A stretch of DNA of 57,322 nucleotides from a virus (taxonomy: Duplodnaviria > Caudoviricetes), in IMG/VR virus record IMGVR_UViG_3300046028_008890, positions 1 to 57,322 of that record; one strand, given 5' to 3'. The first letter of the stretch is position 1. Each line of letters opens with the position of its first letter. Position numbers and translations under genes: made by a program. Shown here in pieces: positions 38,453-48,796 of this stretch. The notes under the pieces were generated by a model. The model was not told the origin of the DNA. It made no database searches and was given only the letters and a program-made list of their open reading frames with translations.

Positions 38453-38746
38453 ATGGAGAATAGCAACTTATGGACAGTGTTAATCACTGCAATAACGGTT
38501 TTGGGAAGTACATCAGCTTTTCGCTATTATGAAAAAAGGGCACTACATAAAGAAAGGGATGATGATTTTATTCGTCATGATTGCAAAGATCGTATTTCTA
38601 AACTAGAAGCACTACTTGAAGAATCATCTCGAGAAAAAGATGACTTACGAAATTTAATTTTAAAGTTAACATCTGAAGTAGCTGAGTTACGTACTAAGGT
38701 TGAATTTCTTTCTAATGAAAATGGTAAATTAAAAAACCTAAACTAA
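38453..38746 (+). CDS. N-terminal TM plus coiled-coil protein
   Basis: Hydrophobic N-terminus, heptad C-terminus. Confidence 0.7.
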   Translation: MENSNLWTVLITAITVLGSTSAFRYYEKRALHKERDDDFIRHDCKDRISKLEALLEESSREKDDLRNLILKLTSEVAELRTKVEFLSNENGKLKNLN

Positions 38747-38979
38747 TGTATAGTCTACTCGAATTACTTAAACTCCAAGAAGGTAAAATAGAATATCCCT
38801 CAGACCATAAACCAGGTATGCGTGTAACCAAAGGTGGTTCAATGTGTGCTAACTGTGAGTATTGGACTGAAAAGGGTAATTTATGTAATAACAAATATTG
38901 GCTACAGTGGCATAATGGTGATGCTAAAATTCCCGCTCCTGCAGATGAGTATTGTTGTAATTGGTGGCACGCAAAATAA
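38746..38979 (+). CDS. small Cys-rich protein
   Basis: CANC...C...CC. Confidence 0.7.
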   Translation: MYSLLELLKLQEGKIEYPSDHKPGMRVTKGGSMCANCEYWTEKGNLCNNKYWLQWHNGDAKIPAPADEYCCNWWHAK

Positions 38980-38984
38980 ACAAT

Positions 38985-39563
38985 ATGATTAAATTATTAG
39001 AATTATTATCTGAAAAATCCCCATGTTGGAAAGGTTATAAGCAAATAGGAATGAAAGATAAAGATGGTAGACAAGTACCTAACTGTGTTCCTATTAATGA
39101 AGATATTATAGATGGAGAGATTGAATGTGAAAAGTGTGGTTGGAAATGGAAATTAGCAGATGGAGGACAAGAACCTTATCTTTGTCATAAGTGTGATCAC
39201 GACAATAGTAATCAAATAAATGAGTATGATGTTGAAAGTGAAGAAGATATAAAAGAATTTATTGAATTCATGCGTGAATATCAACAACAATTAAATGAAG
39301 CTACTTGTGATTGTTTGTTAGAAGCTAAATATCAAGGTCGTACGGTTCCATTAGGTAAACCGATGAGAGGTGATAGTAAAAAATTTAAGGTATATGTTAA
39401 AAATCCCAAAACAGGCAAAGTTGTAAAAGTAAACTTTGGTGCTAAAGGAATGAATATAAAGAAAAATAATCCCGTAAGGCGTAAAGCCTTTAGAGCAAGA
39501 CACAATTGTATTAACCCAGGACCACGTACTAAAGCAAGATATTGGAGCTGCCGTAAATGGTAA
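38985..39563 (+). CDS. modular T4-like phage protein (CWKGY, Zn-ribbon and ARYWSC modules)
   Basis: Start moved to 38985 (MIKLLELLSE). Confidence 0.8.
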   Translation: MIKLLELLSEKSPCWKGYKQIGMKDKDGRQVPNCVPINEDIIDGEIECEKCGWKWKLADGGQEPYLCHKCDHDNSNQINEYDVESEEDIKEFIEFMREYQQQLNEATCDCLLEAKYQGRTVPLGKPMRGDSKKFKVYVKNPKTGKVVKVNFGAKGMNIKKNNPVRRKAFRARHNCINPGPRTKARYWSCRKW

Positions 39564-39573
39564 AAATAAGAAT

Positions 39574-42243
39574 ATGAAAGCAATAGATAAATTTATATTA
39601 CATGTAGTCCATAATTTATTTCCTTTAAATGAATATTCTCAAGGAATATTAAATACAATCATGCAACATTATCGTGATGAAGCTGATGATTTAAATATTT
39701 CTATTACTGATGATCAATTAAAAAAATATATTGAACGTTTTGATCGAATAAAATCAGGAATAATTAAAAAGGGGGGAACTGATTTAGTAAAAATAGGAGC
39801 TGGTGGTAAAGCTGAAGTTATAGTTTCTTTATCTAAACTGATTCGTATAATTACTTCTTCTAAAGGTGCTGAAGAAGCTCCTGAAGAAGCTGATATTACA
39901 CCTGATGTTGTTTATAACCAAGATGGTTTAATTATATATAATGGTTCTAAAGAGGATAATTGTTTAAACTATGGTAGAGGTGAAAGCTGGTGTATAACAA
40001 GAGGATCATTTGGTAATTATCGTTACGATACTAATAGAAAAAATCCAACATTTTATTTAGTAAAAGATAATAATTTATCTGATAGTGATCGTAAAAGCTT
40101 TTTTGTTGTTGTAGTAGGTAGTGATAATACCTATAAAGCATCAGATAGATCAAATAACGATGTTGGTGGTAGAGCTACTGAGTGGGATAGATGGGAACCC
40201 TGGTCATTTGTTGAACAAAACTTCCCATCAATTACAGGATTAAAAAATGTATTTAAATATATCCCCTTATCATCATCAGAAAAATTAAATCAATCGTATA
40301 AAAATAATCCTACTAGTATTAGGGATTTTATAAAATTTCCTTATTCTGTTAAAGAACAATATTTAGTTGTTAGAAAAGGTAAAGAACTATTTACAGATAT
40401 TAGCACAGACCAATTTGTTGAAAAATATCTTTCAAAATATCCTCAATTAGCTTCGTTTATTTCAACTAACTATGGTATTATACCTAGTGAAATTTTAGTA
40501 AAACATTTAGATAAATTTTCTAATCAAGATACAAGGTCTATTATAGCTAATATGAGGGATAAAATTAAATCTTCCCTTTTATCATCTGAAACCATTCCAT
40601 TTGAAGTTAAAAAATTCTTAGTAAAATTTGATAAATGGTCTTTAGATCCAAGTGAACGTTTGTATGTTACTAAAGATGGTAATGCTATTGTAAAATTAAT
40701 AATGGAAGAGGATATTAAATTAGGTGTATATACCGAAGAAGATGACTATCCAAATGTTAAATTAAATAAACGTACATCAAAGTACCTACTAGACTACCCA
40801 GAACTAGATAAAATTCCTTTAAATAACTTATTAAAATTATCTAAAGACGAAATAATTGATAAAAATCTAATTACAAAAGTATTAGATCAAGCTAAAGAAG
40901 ACCCAAACTCAGCTATTATAGTTAAAGAAACAGAAAATGGTGATATTATATTAGATTCAAATTCATTTTCCTCATATAAAATAGGAACAGATGGTAAAAT
41001 AACATCTATACCATTTGACAATGAAGAAGTACAACAGGCATTTGCGAGTGCTAGAGATAATAAAGGATTTCAACAAAACGCTTTAAATATATTTAAAACA
41101 GAAAGAGATATTCCTGTCACAATAGATAAAAAAGCACTAGTAGATGTTGTTAATTCAATACCATACAACCAAAGAGTAGTAACCCCCACTAACTCATCTA
41201 ACCCTAGATCAGTAGTAGTATTAACCTCTACTGATGAAAATATGTCTCTTTTCACTATGTATGTTAACCCAACTATGGCATCTGAGTATATCAGACCCGC
41301 AACTGCATATAGTGCTAGAGGAACAATTACTAGTGGATATGATAGATTTACGGATGAAGTAGCGTCATCTTATTTTACCTATTTAAGACAAGCAAATAAA
41401 TCATTTGATGATAATGAATTAAAAGGAATTTTAAGTAACTCTAGTAATAATATATCTACTAAGAAAGCATTTGTAAGAAATAACCCACCAGTTAATGCAG
41501 ATAATGTATTTAAAGCTGTTATAGATGATAATGGTGATGTTTATCTTATTAACACTCAAAATACTAGAGAAAGTTTTATGCTGTCTACTGCTAGAAATAA
41601 CTTAAGAGGAGCAAGTATATCTACACCAACAGCAAGACAATTATTAGGTCAAGCATTACCTGCTCCTGCAGCGGGCGCTGCACAACCAGCAGCTGGCGGT
41701 GATGTAGCAGGACCAAGAAGAGGCAGACCCGCTGGTGTACCTAATGCTCCTCGTCCTCAACAACCAGCAGCACCGGCCGCTGCGGGTAATCAAAATGTAG
41801 GAGCCTTTATGCAAGCAGCAGGAATAATGAATGGATTTATGGATTTACCTCGTCCTATTCTTCGTAGATTAAATGTTAATGATGCTAGGGGTGTTTCTGT
41901 AGCAAATAATAGAGGGGCGTCTCGTCGTCAAAATATATTGGGGGATGCTGGACGAGTTATAAGCTCGTTAGAAGTAGGGCCTAGCACAATATATCTTATA
42001 CGCCTACCAAATGGATCTTCAATTGCTTCAGTTGTAATACAACCAGGTAATAACCATTATCTTATTACTTCTCAATCAGCATACCAATTAGAATCCCCAT
42101 CTCAGCTACTATCTGCATTACAACAACGTAATTTGGCAGAGATCCATCAGTATCTTGTAAATGAATACATGGAGCGCAATCCTAAACACTTAACAGAATT
42201 TAAAGAATTATTACGCAAACACATAAACGAAAAAAAGAAATAA
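39574..42243 (+). CDS. large hypothetical (probable head) protein
   Basis: 889 aa; N-domain paralogous to an internal domain of 33819. Confidence 0.8.
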   Translation: MKAIDKFILHVVHNLFPLNEYSQGILNTIMQHYRDEADDLNISITDDQLKKYIERFDRIKSGIIKKGGTDLVKIGAGGKAEVIVSLSKLIRIITSSKGAEEAPEEADITPDVVYNQDGLIIYNGSKEDNCLNYGRGESWCITRGSFGNYRYDTNRKNPTFYLVKDNNLSDSDRKSFFVVVVGSDNTYKASDRSNNDVGGRATEWDRWEPWSFVEQNFPSITGLKNVFKYIPLSSSEKLNQSYKNNPTSIRDFIKFPYSVKEQYLVVRKGKELFTDISTDQFVEKYLSKYPQLASFISTNYGIIPSEILVKHLDKFSNQDTRSIIANMRDKIKSSLLSSETIPFEVKKFLVKFDKWSLDPSERLYVTKDGNAIVKLIMEEDIKLGVYTEEDDYPNVKLNKRTSKYLLDYPELDKIPLNNLLKLSKDEIIDKNLITKVLDQAKEDPNSAIIVKETENGDIILDSNSFSSYKIGTDGKITSIPFDNEEVQQAFASARDNKGFQQNALNIFKTERDIPVTIDKKALVDVVNSIPYNQRVVTPTNSSNPRSVVVLTSTDENMSLFTMYVNPTMASEYIRPATAYSARGTITSGYDRFTDEVASSYFTYLRQANKSFDDNELKGILSNSSNNISTKKAFVRNNPPVNADNVFKAVIDDNGDVYLINTQNTRESFMLSTARNNLRGASISTPTARQLLGQALPAPAAGAAQPAAGGDVAGPRRGRPAGVPNAPRPQQPAAPAAAGNQNVGAFMQAAGIMNGFMDLPRPILRRLNVNDARGVSVANNRGASRRQNILGDAGRVISSLEVGPSTIYLIRLPNGSSIASVVIQPGNNHYLITSQSAYQLESPSQLLSALQQRNLAEIHQYLVNEYMERNPKHLTEFKELLRKHINEKKK

Positions 42244-42244
42244 A

Positions 42245-42481
42245 ATGAAAGCACAAGATTTTAAAAAACTAATCCGTGAAATTGTAGATAAAGTATTAGC
42301 TGAAAACGCTCCTGCTGTAAAAGAACCAGTTGTTAAACCAGCTAAACCAACTACAAAGCCGGGTCCTTTTAGCCCTGATAAAGATAAAAATAATATTCCT
42401 AAAAAAATACCTGCTAAAGCTGGGTTGAAAGAAGAGGAAATGCTTAAAAAAATAGTAGCACGCTTTAAATCTAAAAAATAA
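42245..42481 (+). CDS. small Pro/Lys-rich hypothetical protein
   Basis: FKKLIREIV..VLAE leader. Confidence 0.75.
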   Translation: MKAQDFKKLIREIVDKVLAENAPAVKEPVVKPAKPTTKPGPFSPDKDKNNIPKKIPAKAGLKEEEMLKKIVARFKSKK

Positions 42482-43497
42482 TGGGACGTTTATTAGAAGT
42501 AGATTACGAGAAAATATTCTCACCTAAAACAATGACTGCCTTAAAAGGCAAGTCAGGACAATCATTACGTCAAATGCTTGGTGATAAAAACCTAATGCAA
42601 GCTCTAGTAAAATCTAAAGCTGTATTAGATGAAATTATTGAAGCTGAAGATGGATATCGTGATGAACTTGAAATGGTGGCTGCTCAAATGGTAACTGATG
42701 CTTACCCAATTATTGATTATGCAAACATTAGAATTGATGCTAAAATAGTTGGATTAGGTGACCTAAACATTCAACCAGGAGATGGTGAAGTAAGCATGGA
42801 TAATACACCAGCTGAAGCTGAAAAAGCAAAACGCCGTATCATTAATGGTATTACACAAGGAGCTTCAATTAGAGGCGCTTTTGGATTTATGTTATTTAGA
42901 GAATACCTTGACGATATCAATCCTGCACTAGTAGACAAATATAGTGAAATATTAAAATTAGCATTTGGTATTTACGATGATGAAAACGCCATCGCAATGA
43001 TGTTAGCTGCATTAGCACAAGGTCAAAAAATGCAAGGTGGTGAGAGTGAAATGGAATATGATGAGGAAAATGATCAATTTGTAATTAAAGCTAAAGCAAT
43101 TTGTTATCCAATGTTAGTACATGAGATTGTAAAAGGATTGTACGAAATTGTCGGAACTAAAGGATTTGGCCCAGACAGAGAAAAAAATCAAGCTGTTGTT
43201 AATGCTGTAGATAAATTATCAAATGAACCACGTGATTTACAATATGGTAAATTTATTTATGATGCCATCAGTAAAATATATAATGAAAGCAATATAGACG
43301 ATGCACGCGTTCGTGAATTATTCCTTGCTGAAGTATATAAATTGATTGATGATGAATTTTTCCCATTCATTGAAAATGCAATTAATGATGAATTAAAACC
43401 ACTACAACGTAAATGGGCAATGGATACAATGCGTGATATCAAACGCGATTTAATGAAAGACGACACTGGTTTATCTGATCTAGATGAAACCTTATAA
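42481..43497 (+). CDS. hypothetical protein
   Basis: Coupled ORF; LVHEIVKG degenerate zincin-like motif. Confidence 0.8.
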   Translation: MGRLLEVDYEKIFSPKTMTALKGKSGQSLRQMLGDKNLMQALVKSKAVLDEIIEAEDGYRDELEMVAAQMVTDAYPIIDYANIRIDAKIVGLGDLNIQPGDGEVSMDNTPAEAEKAKRRIINGITQGASIRGAFGFMLFREYLDDINPALVDKYSEILKLAFGIYDDENAIAMMLAALAQGQKMQGGESEMEYDEENDQFVIKAKAICYPMLVHEIVKGLYEIVGTKGFGPDREKNQAVVNAVDKLSNEPRDLQYGKFIYDAISKIYNESNIDDARVRELFLAEVYKLIDDEFFPFIENAINDELKPLQRKWAMDTMRDIKRDLMKDDTGLSDLDETL

Positions 43498-43532
43498 TAT
43501 TTATACACACAAACACGACAAAAAATAAAATA

Positions 43533-44108
43533 ATGAATATTACAGAAGTACGTAACGTTATCCGCCAAGTAATTGCGGAAGCAATGGAAAAAGGCACAAT
43601 GCCTGAAAAAAGCGGTGGAAAATTAGTACACCTTAAGAAAGAATTAGCTGGTTTAAAGAAAATGAAAGAATCTTTAGGCGAGTATACAATTAACGAAGGC
43701 GGTGACGGTTCATTCGTAGCCGAATATGCTCATATGCAAAAGTTTGTTAATGAATTAGACAAAATTAAAGGATTGCATGCTAAATTAGCTGAAATGCTTG
43801 ATAATCAAATTAGCGAAGTTGAAGGTAGAGTATCATCTGAAACTCAAAAGGTTAAAGAAATGATGGGACTTATCGAAAAAGCTAAAGCTCCTAAGAAAGC
43901 TGCTGCTAAAAAAGACGGTAAAAAAACTCCGGCTAAAAAAGACGATAAGAAAGAAGAACCTAAGGAAGAACCTAAAGTTGAAAAACCTGCTGCTAAAAAA
44001 GAAGATTTAAATGAATCTGAATTCACATATCGTAAAATAAATGGTGTGTGTTATAAGATTGATGATGAAAATAACAGAACAAAAGTATCTAGTCAATATT
44101 GTAATTAA
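43533..44108 (+). CDS. hypothetical coiled-coil head-associated protein
   Basis: Late promoter; K/A/E-rich tail. Confidence 0.75.
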   Translation: MNITEVRNVIRQVIAEAMEKGTMPEKSGGKLVHLKKELAGLKKMKESLGEYTINEGGDGSFVAEYAHMQKFVNELDKIKGLHAKLAEMLDNQISEVEGRVSSETQKVKEMMGLIEKAKAPKKAAAKKDGKKTPAKKDDKKEEPKEEPKVEKPAAKKEDLNESEFTYRKINGVCYKIDDENNRTKVSSQYCN

Positions 44109-44117
44109 TATATAATA

Positions 44118-44600
44118 ATGATTAAATTAATTGATATATTAACTGAAAGGGATTTATCCGCTAAAGAAGAAAAAATAGTCAAAGCATTAAAGAAAACAGG
44201 TAAATTCAAAAAGAATGATCCTGCAATGTATGCTATTGCTGCTTCTAAAGCTGAAGGACTAGATCCCGTAGGAAAAGAAGATGATGATATCAATAACGAT
44301 GGTAAAGTAGATAAGACTGATGATTACTTATCTAAGCGTCGTAAAGCAGTAGCTGCTAATATTAAGGAAAGTCATTTAAGTTGGCCTCCAACTCAAGATC
44401 ACGAAGCAACAATGGCTAAAGGTGAGTTAAGAGACATGATTACCAATGCGGCTAAAGTGTATCAAACAATCCAACCTAACCAACAATTACCAGGTTGGAT
44501 ATCAGCATATATTACCTTAGCTTCAGATTATATGCATAGTATAGCTGAATATTTAACTGAAGAAGAAATTCAATATAGCCAACAACCTGAGGATGAATAA
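44118..44600 (+). CDS. hypothetical head protein with EF-hand/dockerin-like motif
   Basis: [10 protein letters not shown] leader; [20 protein letters not shown]. Confidence 0.75.
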   Translation: MIKLIDILTERDLSAKEEKIVKALKKTGKFKKNDPAMYAIAASKAEGLDPVGKEDDDINNDGKVDKTDDYLSKRRKAVAANIKESHLSWPPTQDHEATMAKGELRDMITNAAKVYQTIQPNQQLPGWISAYITLASDYMHSIAEYLTEEEIQYSQQPEDE

Positions 44601-45120
44601 ACAACTCTTATTAGAGAAATATATTAAAGTGGCAGTGCGTAAAGCACTTAAAGAGGAAGAAGCCAAACAACAAAAAGCTACGAAAGCGATGTATTTAATA
44701 TATCGCTTTCCTGGCTTAAAGAAGATGATGGTGGATTTAATGTCACCTTCATTTGGTCGTTTTATCCAAAATGTTAGTTTAGTAGCTCCAAAACCAACTA
44801 CATTTAATATTAAATTGATCAATGATCAAGAATTTTATGTTATATATGATGGTAGAAAAAATTGGACCTCAAAAATATCTGGTAAAAGATATAACATGCA
44901 GGAATTAAGTGAAATTGAAAGAGCATCTCAAAGTGTAGCTGATTTATTAGAATTAAGTTATGCTTTAGATGAAAAAATAAATGGTGCTGAAATGCCTAAA
45001 CCGGATGTTGGGGCAGAAGCATTTACAGCAGCCGCAGCTCCTGAAGTATCTCCTGAAGCCCCACCAACTGAAGAACCAGCAGCAGCGCCTGAAGAAGAAA
45101 CCCCACCAGCAGAAGCATAA
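44593..45120 (+). CDS. hypothetical protein with acidic A/P/E tail
   Basis: Coupled ORF. Confidence 0.75.
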   Translation: MNKQLLLEKYIKVAVRKALKEEEAKQQKATKAMYLIYRFPGLKKMMVDLMSPSFGRFIQNVSLVAPKPTTFNIKLINDQEFYVIYDGRKNWTSKISGKRYNMQELSEIERASQSVADLLELSYALDEKINGAEMPKPDVGAEAFTAAAAPEVSPEAPPTEEPAAAPEEETPPAEA

Positions 45121-45121
45121 T

Positions 45122-46150
45122 ATGGAAGTTATAGATAAAATATTAAGTGAGTGGTCATTTCGTTGCCACGATGGGATTGTTGATATGAACGATCCTAAAA
45201 AAAAGATTATATTAGAGGAAATATTAAAGGAATTTAATATAGATGAAACGAATATTATTAATGAAGGTGATGAAAAATATGATCAAGTTATAAAAAATGC
45301 CTTAGGTAAAGCAAATCTCCTTCTTCCTAATGGTGATATACCTCCTGTAAAAAAAGAATATGTATTGGGAGATAATACAAATGTTAATGGAGATGATGCT
45401 AAAATATTTAAAGCATTATATCCTGTAGCTCCCCCTAAAAAAGACCAAGATATAGAATCAGCAGGATCAAAAGGATCAGGCCATGGAGAAATAGCAATAT
45501 ACTGGTTATTTGCATATCAAAATCCCCCCATACCGGCTACTGGTAATCCGGGCCGTGGAAAAGCAGATTTAATTATTAATGGAAAATATGTTGAAGTAAA
45601 AGCATATGATTCTAAAAGTATGACATTTGGTAGAATAGGATCTGATAAAGAAAATATTGAATTATTAAATACTTTATTCGGACTAAATTCATTATTATCT
45701 TCTATAGATCCTACAGCAAGTAAGGATAAACAGGCTAGTTCATTAAGATTTTCTAAAAAAGACATAACACAAGCTTTTAAAACATTTAATATTATTAACA
45801 ATAATAAAAAGCTTAAAGAATTATCTGAAGATTATCCTTTAATAGCTCTTATATATAAAAAAGTAGATGATCTTATAACTAAAATTAAAGATAAATTACC
45901 TAATACTAATATTGATGATGCTGAAGATGCTGCTGGTGCTTTAATGAAACTTATTCTACTTAAAAAAGTAAGTGAAAAGATGGATTCTGAAAAAGGAGGA
46001 TACATAGTTAATGTTAGTCCTGATGGGGATTTAAAATATTTAAAAATAGATAAAACCTTAATAGACAAAATCCCAAATAAAGATATACTAGAAAGTGTAT
46101 ATATTAACCAAGGAGCCCTAGTTATAAACCCAGAAGAATTATTTAAATAA
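45122..46150 (+). CDS. hypothetical protein, possible PD-(D/E)XK nuclease fold
   Basis: Start moved to 45122; GHGEIA...ADL...VEVK. Confidence 0.6.
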   Translation: MEVIDKILSEWSFRCHDGIVDMNDPKKKIILEEILKEFNIDETNIINEGDEKYDQVIKNALGKANLLLPNGDIPPVKKEYVLGDNTNVNGDDAKIFKALYPVAPPKKDQDIESAGSKGSGHGEIAIYWLFAYQNPPIPATGNPGRGKADLIINGKYVEVKAYDSKSMTFGRIGSDKENIELLNTLFGLNSLLSSIDPTASKDKQASSLRFSKKDITQAFKTFNIINNNKKLKELSEDYPLIALIYKKVDDLITKIKDKLPNTNIDDAEDAAGALMKLILLKKVSEKMDSEKGGYIVNVSPDGDLKYLKIDKTLIDKIPNKDILESVYINQGALVINPEELFK

Positions 46151-46210
46151 CTAACATATAGAACAGATTTATAGCCTGTTCGCTCGTAAGAGATAAAATA
46201 TTGGAGCTGT

Positions 46211-46242
46211 AGCCCACCCTAAAGGTGGGCTTTCTCTATTTT
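46211..46242 (+). terminator. rho-independent terminator
   Basis: AGCCCACC-ctaaa-GGTGGGCT followed by a T-rich tail. Confidence 0.75.
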
Positions 46243-46288
46243 AGGCAAAATAAATTTATTATATTTACATATTCAATTTAATTTAATT

Positions 46289-47776
46289 ATGAGAGATTAT
46301 CAAAATGCAATTAGAGGATGGCATAACATGGTTAATAATGCTGCTCCTGCCGAGAGTAGAATTAAAACTGCTGTTATATCAACATCAACAACAACTGAAA
46401 CTACTACTATTCCCGAAGAACATGTTAACACACTTTTAGAAATTAACCCACACAGTAAAATTGTTATTGTTGGTGCTGGTGTAGCTGGTATTAACGCTGC
46501 AACTAAATTAGTAGATAGTGGTTATCCTGGAGAATATATTACCCTTATAGATAAAGGTAATGATCCCCACAACCGCTTACCTGAAGAAGTAATGACAGGT
46601 ATGCTAGGAGCTGGTGGTTGGTCTGACGGTAAATTAACTTATCACACTGAAATTGGGGGTCAGTTATCTAAATATTGTGGTGATGAGAAAGCAATGGAGT
46701 TAATGGATCAAGTTATTAACAATTTTAGACGCTTTCACCCTAAACCAGACGAAATATTTATGTCTGATCCTAAAAAGGAACCTAAATGGATTAAACCATA
46801 CTTTGGTTTGAGAATGTTTCCTGTTTGGCATATTGGAAGTAATTTCTTACATGAAATTGCTAAAGCATGGTATCAATATTTAATTGATAAAGGTGTTAAA
46901 TTTGAATGGAATACTGAAATCAATTTTATTGATTTTAAAAGTAATTACATAGTAGGAGTATATGATAATAAAAATTGTGATTATAATTATGATAAATTAA
47001 TTTTTGCAGTAGGTAAATCAGGTATTGATTTTGCTCAAAAACTGGCAAATGATTATCAATTACCTAATGAACCTAAATCAGTACAGATTGGTGTTCGATT
47101 TGAAGCACCACAGAAATATTTTCAAAAATTAATAGATGTATCATATGATTTTAAATTATATCAACGATTTGATAATGTTTCTTTGCGTAGCTTCTGCACT
47201 AATAATAATGCTGCTTATGTTGCCGTTGAAGAAACTTATGGTGATATTTCGTATAACGGCCACGCGAAGAAAGGAGAAGAATTCAGAAACGACATGACCA
47301 ATTTTGGTATATTAATGGAAATTAAAGGTATTGATAATCCATTTGAATGGTCAAGATATGTAGTAGGAAATACACAAATTGATAATACTGGGTTATATTA
47401 TTCACCTAATAAAACTCGTAAACCTGGTTTGACATCTGAAGGTACAACTGTTAAAGCCGTACAAATAGATGATTTAGAACAGTTTGATGGTGCTTTTGGT
47501 CAATATGCTGATTATATTCATAATTTCATTGATGATATGAATAAAGTATTTAACTTTGGTGATGATTATGGAATATATATTCCTGAGGTAAAATACCTAT
47601 CACCTGAACCATTAGTAAATTATACAGATTTATCATTAAATGAATATTCAAATGTACACTTTGTGGGTGATGCATTATCAGCTAGGGGTATTACAGTATC
47701 AGGTGCACATGGTATTTATGTAGCTGAAAAATTAATTAGGAAAGAAGCACTTATTGAATTAACAAATTTAAAATAA
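46289..47776 (+). CDS. FAD-dependent oxidoreductase
   Basis: IVGAGVAG; GAGGWSDGKL; FCTN; VGDA...GI. Confidence 0.85.
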   Translation: MRDYQNAIRGWHNMVNNAAPAESRIKTAVISTSTTTETTTIPEEHVNTLLEINPHSKIVIVGAGVAGINAATKLVDSGYPGEYITLIDKGNDPHNRLPEEVMTGMLGAGGWSDGKLTYHTEIGGQLSKYCGDEKAMELMDQVINNFRRFHPKPDEIFMSDPKKEPKWIKPYFGLRMFPVWHIGSNFLHEIAKAWYQYLIDKGVKFEWNTEINFIDFKSNYIVGVYDNKNCDYNYDKLIFAVGKSGIDFAQKLANDYQLPNEPKSVQIGVRFEAPQKYFQKLIDVSYDFKLYQRFDNVSLRSFCTNNNAAYVAVEETYGDISYNGHAKKGEEFRNDMTNFGILMEIKGIDNPFEWSRYVVGNTQIDNTGLYYSPNKTRKPGLTSEGTTVKAVQIDDLEQFDGAFGQYADYIHNFIDDMNKVFNFGDDYGIYIPEVKYLSPEPLVNYTDLSLNEYSNVHFVGDALSARGITVSGAHGIYVAEKLIRKEALIELTNLK

Positions 47777-47783
47777 AAACTAT

Positions 47784-48020
47784 ATGTCAGAAGTAAGAAA
47801 AATGAAAACAGGAGATAAAACTATAATTTACTATTTAGATGGTAAAATGCATAATTGGGAAGGACCAGCTTTAATACCACAAGGCAATAAACGTTTAGCT
47901 GAATATTATTTATTTGGTATTAAACATACTAAGGAACAATGGGAAGAAAAGAAAAAAGACGTTAACGGGCAGCCCTTTTATAAATCAGCTGCTGGTAAAG
48001 CTTCTGGTGCTAGGGTTTAA
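47784..48020 (+). CDS. hypothetical protein
   Basis: DGKMHNWEGPA motif. Confidence 0.75.
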   Translation: MSEVRKMKTGDKTIIYYLDGKMHNWEGPALIPQGNKRLAEYYLFGIKHTKEQWEEKKKDVNGQPFYKSAAGKASGARV

Positions 48021-48047
48021 GCAGAATTAATATTATATATTTAGTGT

Positions 48048-48263
48048 ATGAAATTTACTCGTGTATATGAAGATGATGAAACTATAGAAACATGGACTTT
48101 TGATTTAGATAAATTTAAACGAGGTCCTGTTTCTGTAGATATTAAATATAAAGCAGGAGCAGATAAAGCAATTAAAGCACGTGCTAACGAAGCCACACAA
48201 ATTAAAAAAACAGCACGTCAAATGAAAAAAATAAATAATAAAAATAAAAAATGGCACGAATAG
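48048..48263 (+). CDS. hypothetical protein
   Basis: ORF after the promoter motif. Confidence 0.7.
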   Translation: MKFTRVYEDDETIETWTFDLDKFKRGPVSVDIKYKAGADKAIKARANEATQIKKTARQMKKINNKNKKWHE

Positions 48264-48772
48264 GATTGACAGGAACAGTCTCGGTTGGGAAAACTACATT
48301 AGCAAAAGCACTAGGTGAACTAGAGCAATTTAAGGATTATATTATACAAACTGAACGTAGTAAGTATCTTAGTAATTTAGGTATTCCATTGAATACTGAC
48401 TCTACACTACCAGGACAATTTGTATTTTTAGCTGAACGTGCTAGCGAATTATTACAACCTAATATTATCACAGATCGTACAATTTGGGATGTTTGCTCAT
48501 TTACATTATCGGCAAAATCTATTAGCGATTATGAAAAACGTACGTTTGTTGAATCGGCAATGAATCTTAAAGATTATTATGATTTAATTATTTATGTATC
48601 ACCTCTTGGAGTTCCTATAGAAGATAATGGTCTTAGAACTACTGATCTAGGTTATCGTGTTAAAATAGATACTGCTATTCAAATGGCATTAGAAGAATAT
48701 AAACCAAAACGCTTAATTAAGGTTGAAGGTACAACTGAAGAACGTATTGCTACTATTCTACAAAATTTATAA
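48251..48772 (+). CDS. P-loop kinase (NadR/AAA_28-like)
   Basis: GTVSVGKTT Walker A; ITDRT; EDNGLR. Confidence 0.8.
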   Translation: MARIGLTGTVSVGKTTLAKALGELEQFKDYIIQTERSKYLSNLGIPLNTDSTLPGQFVFLAERASELLQPNIITDRTIWDVCSFTLSAKSISDYEKRTFVESAMNLKDYYDLIIYVSPLGVPIEDNGLRTTDLGYRVKIDTAIQMALEEYKPKRLIKVEGTTEERIATILQNL

Positions 48773-48796
48773 TATTTATACACATAATAAACAGAA

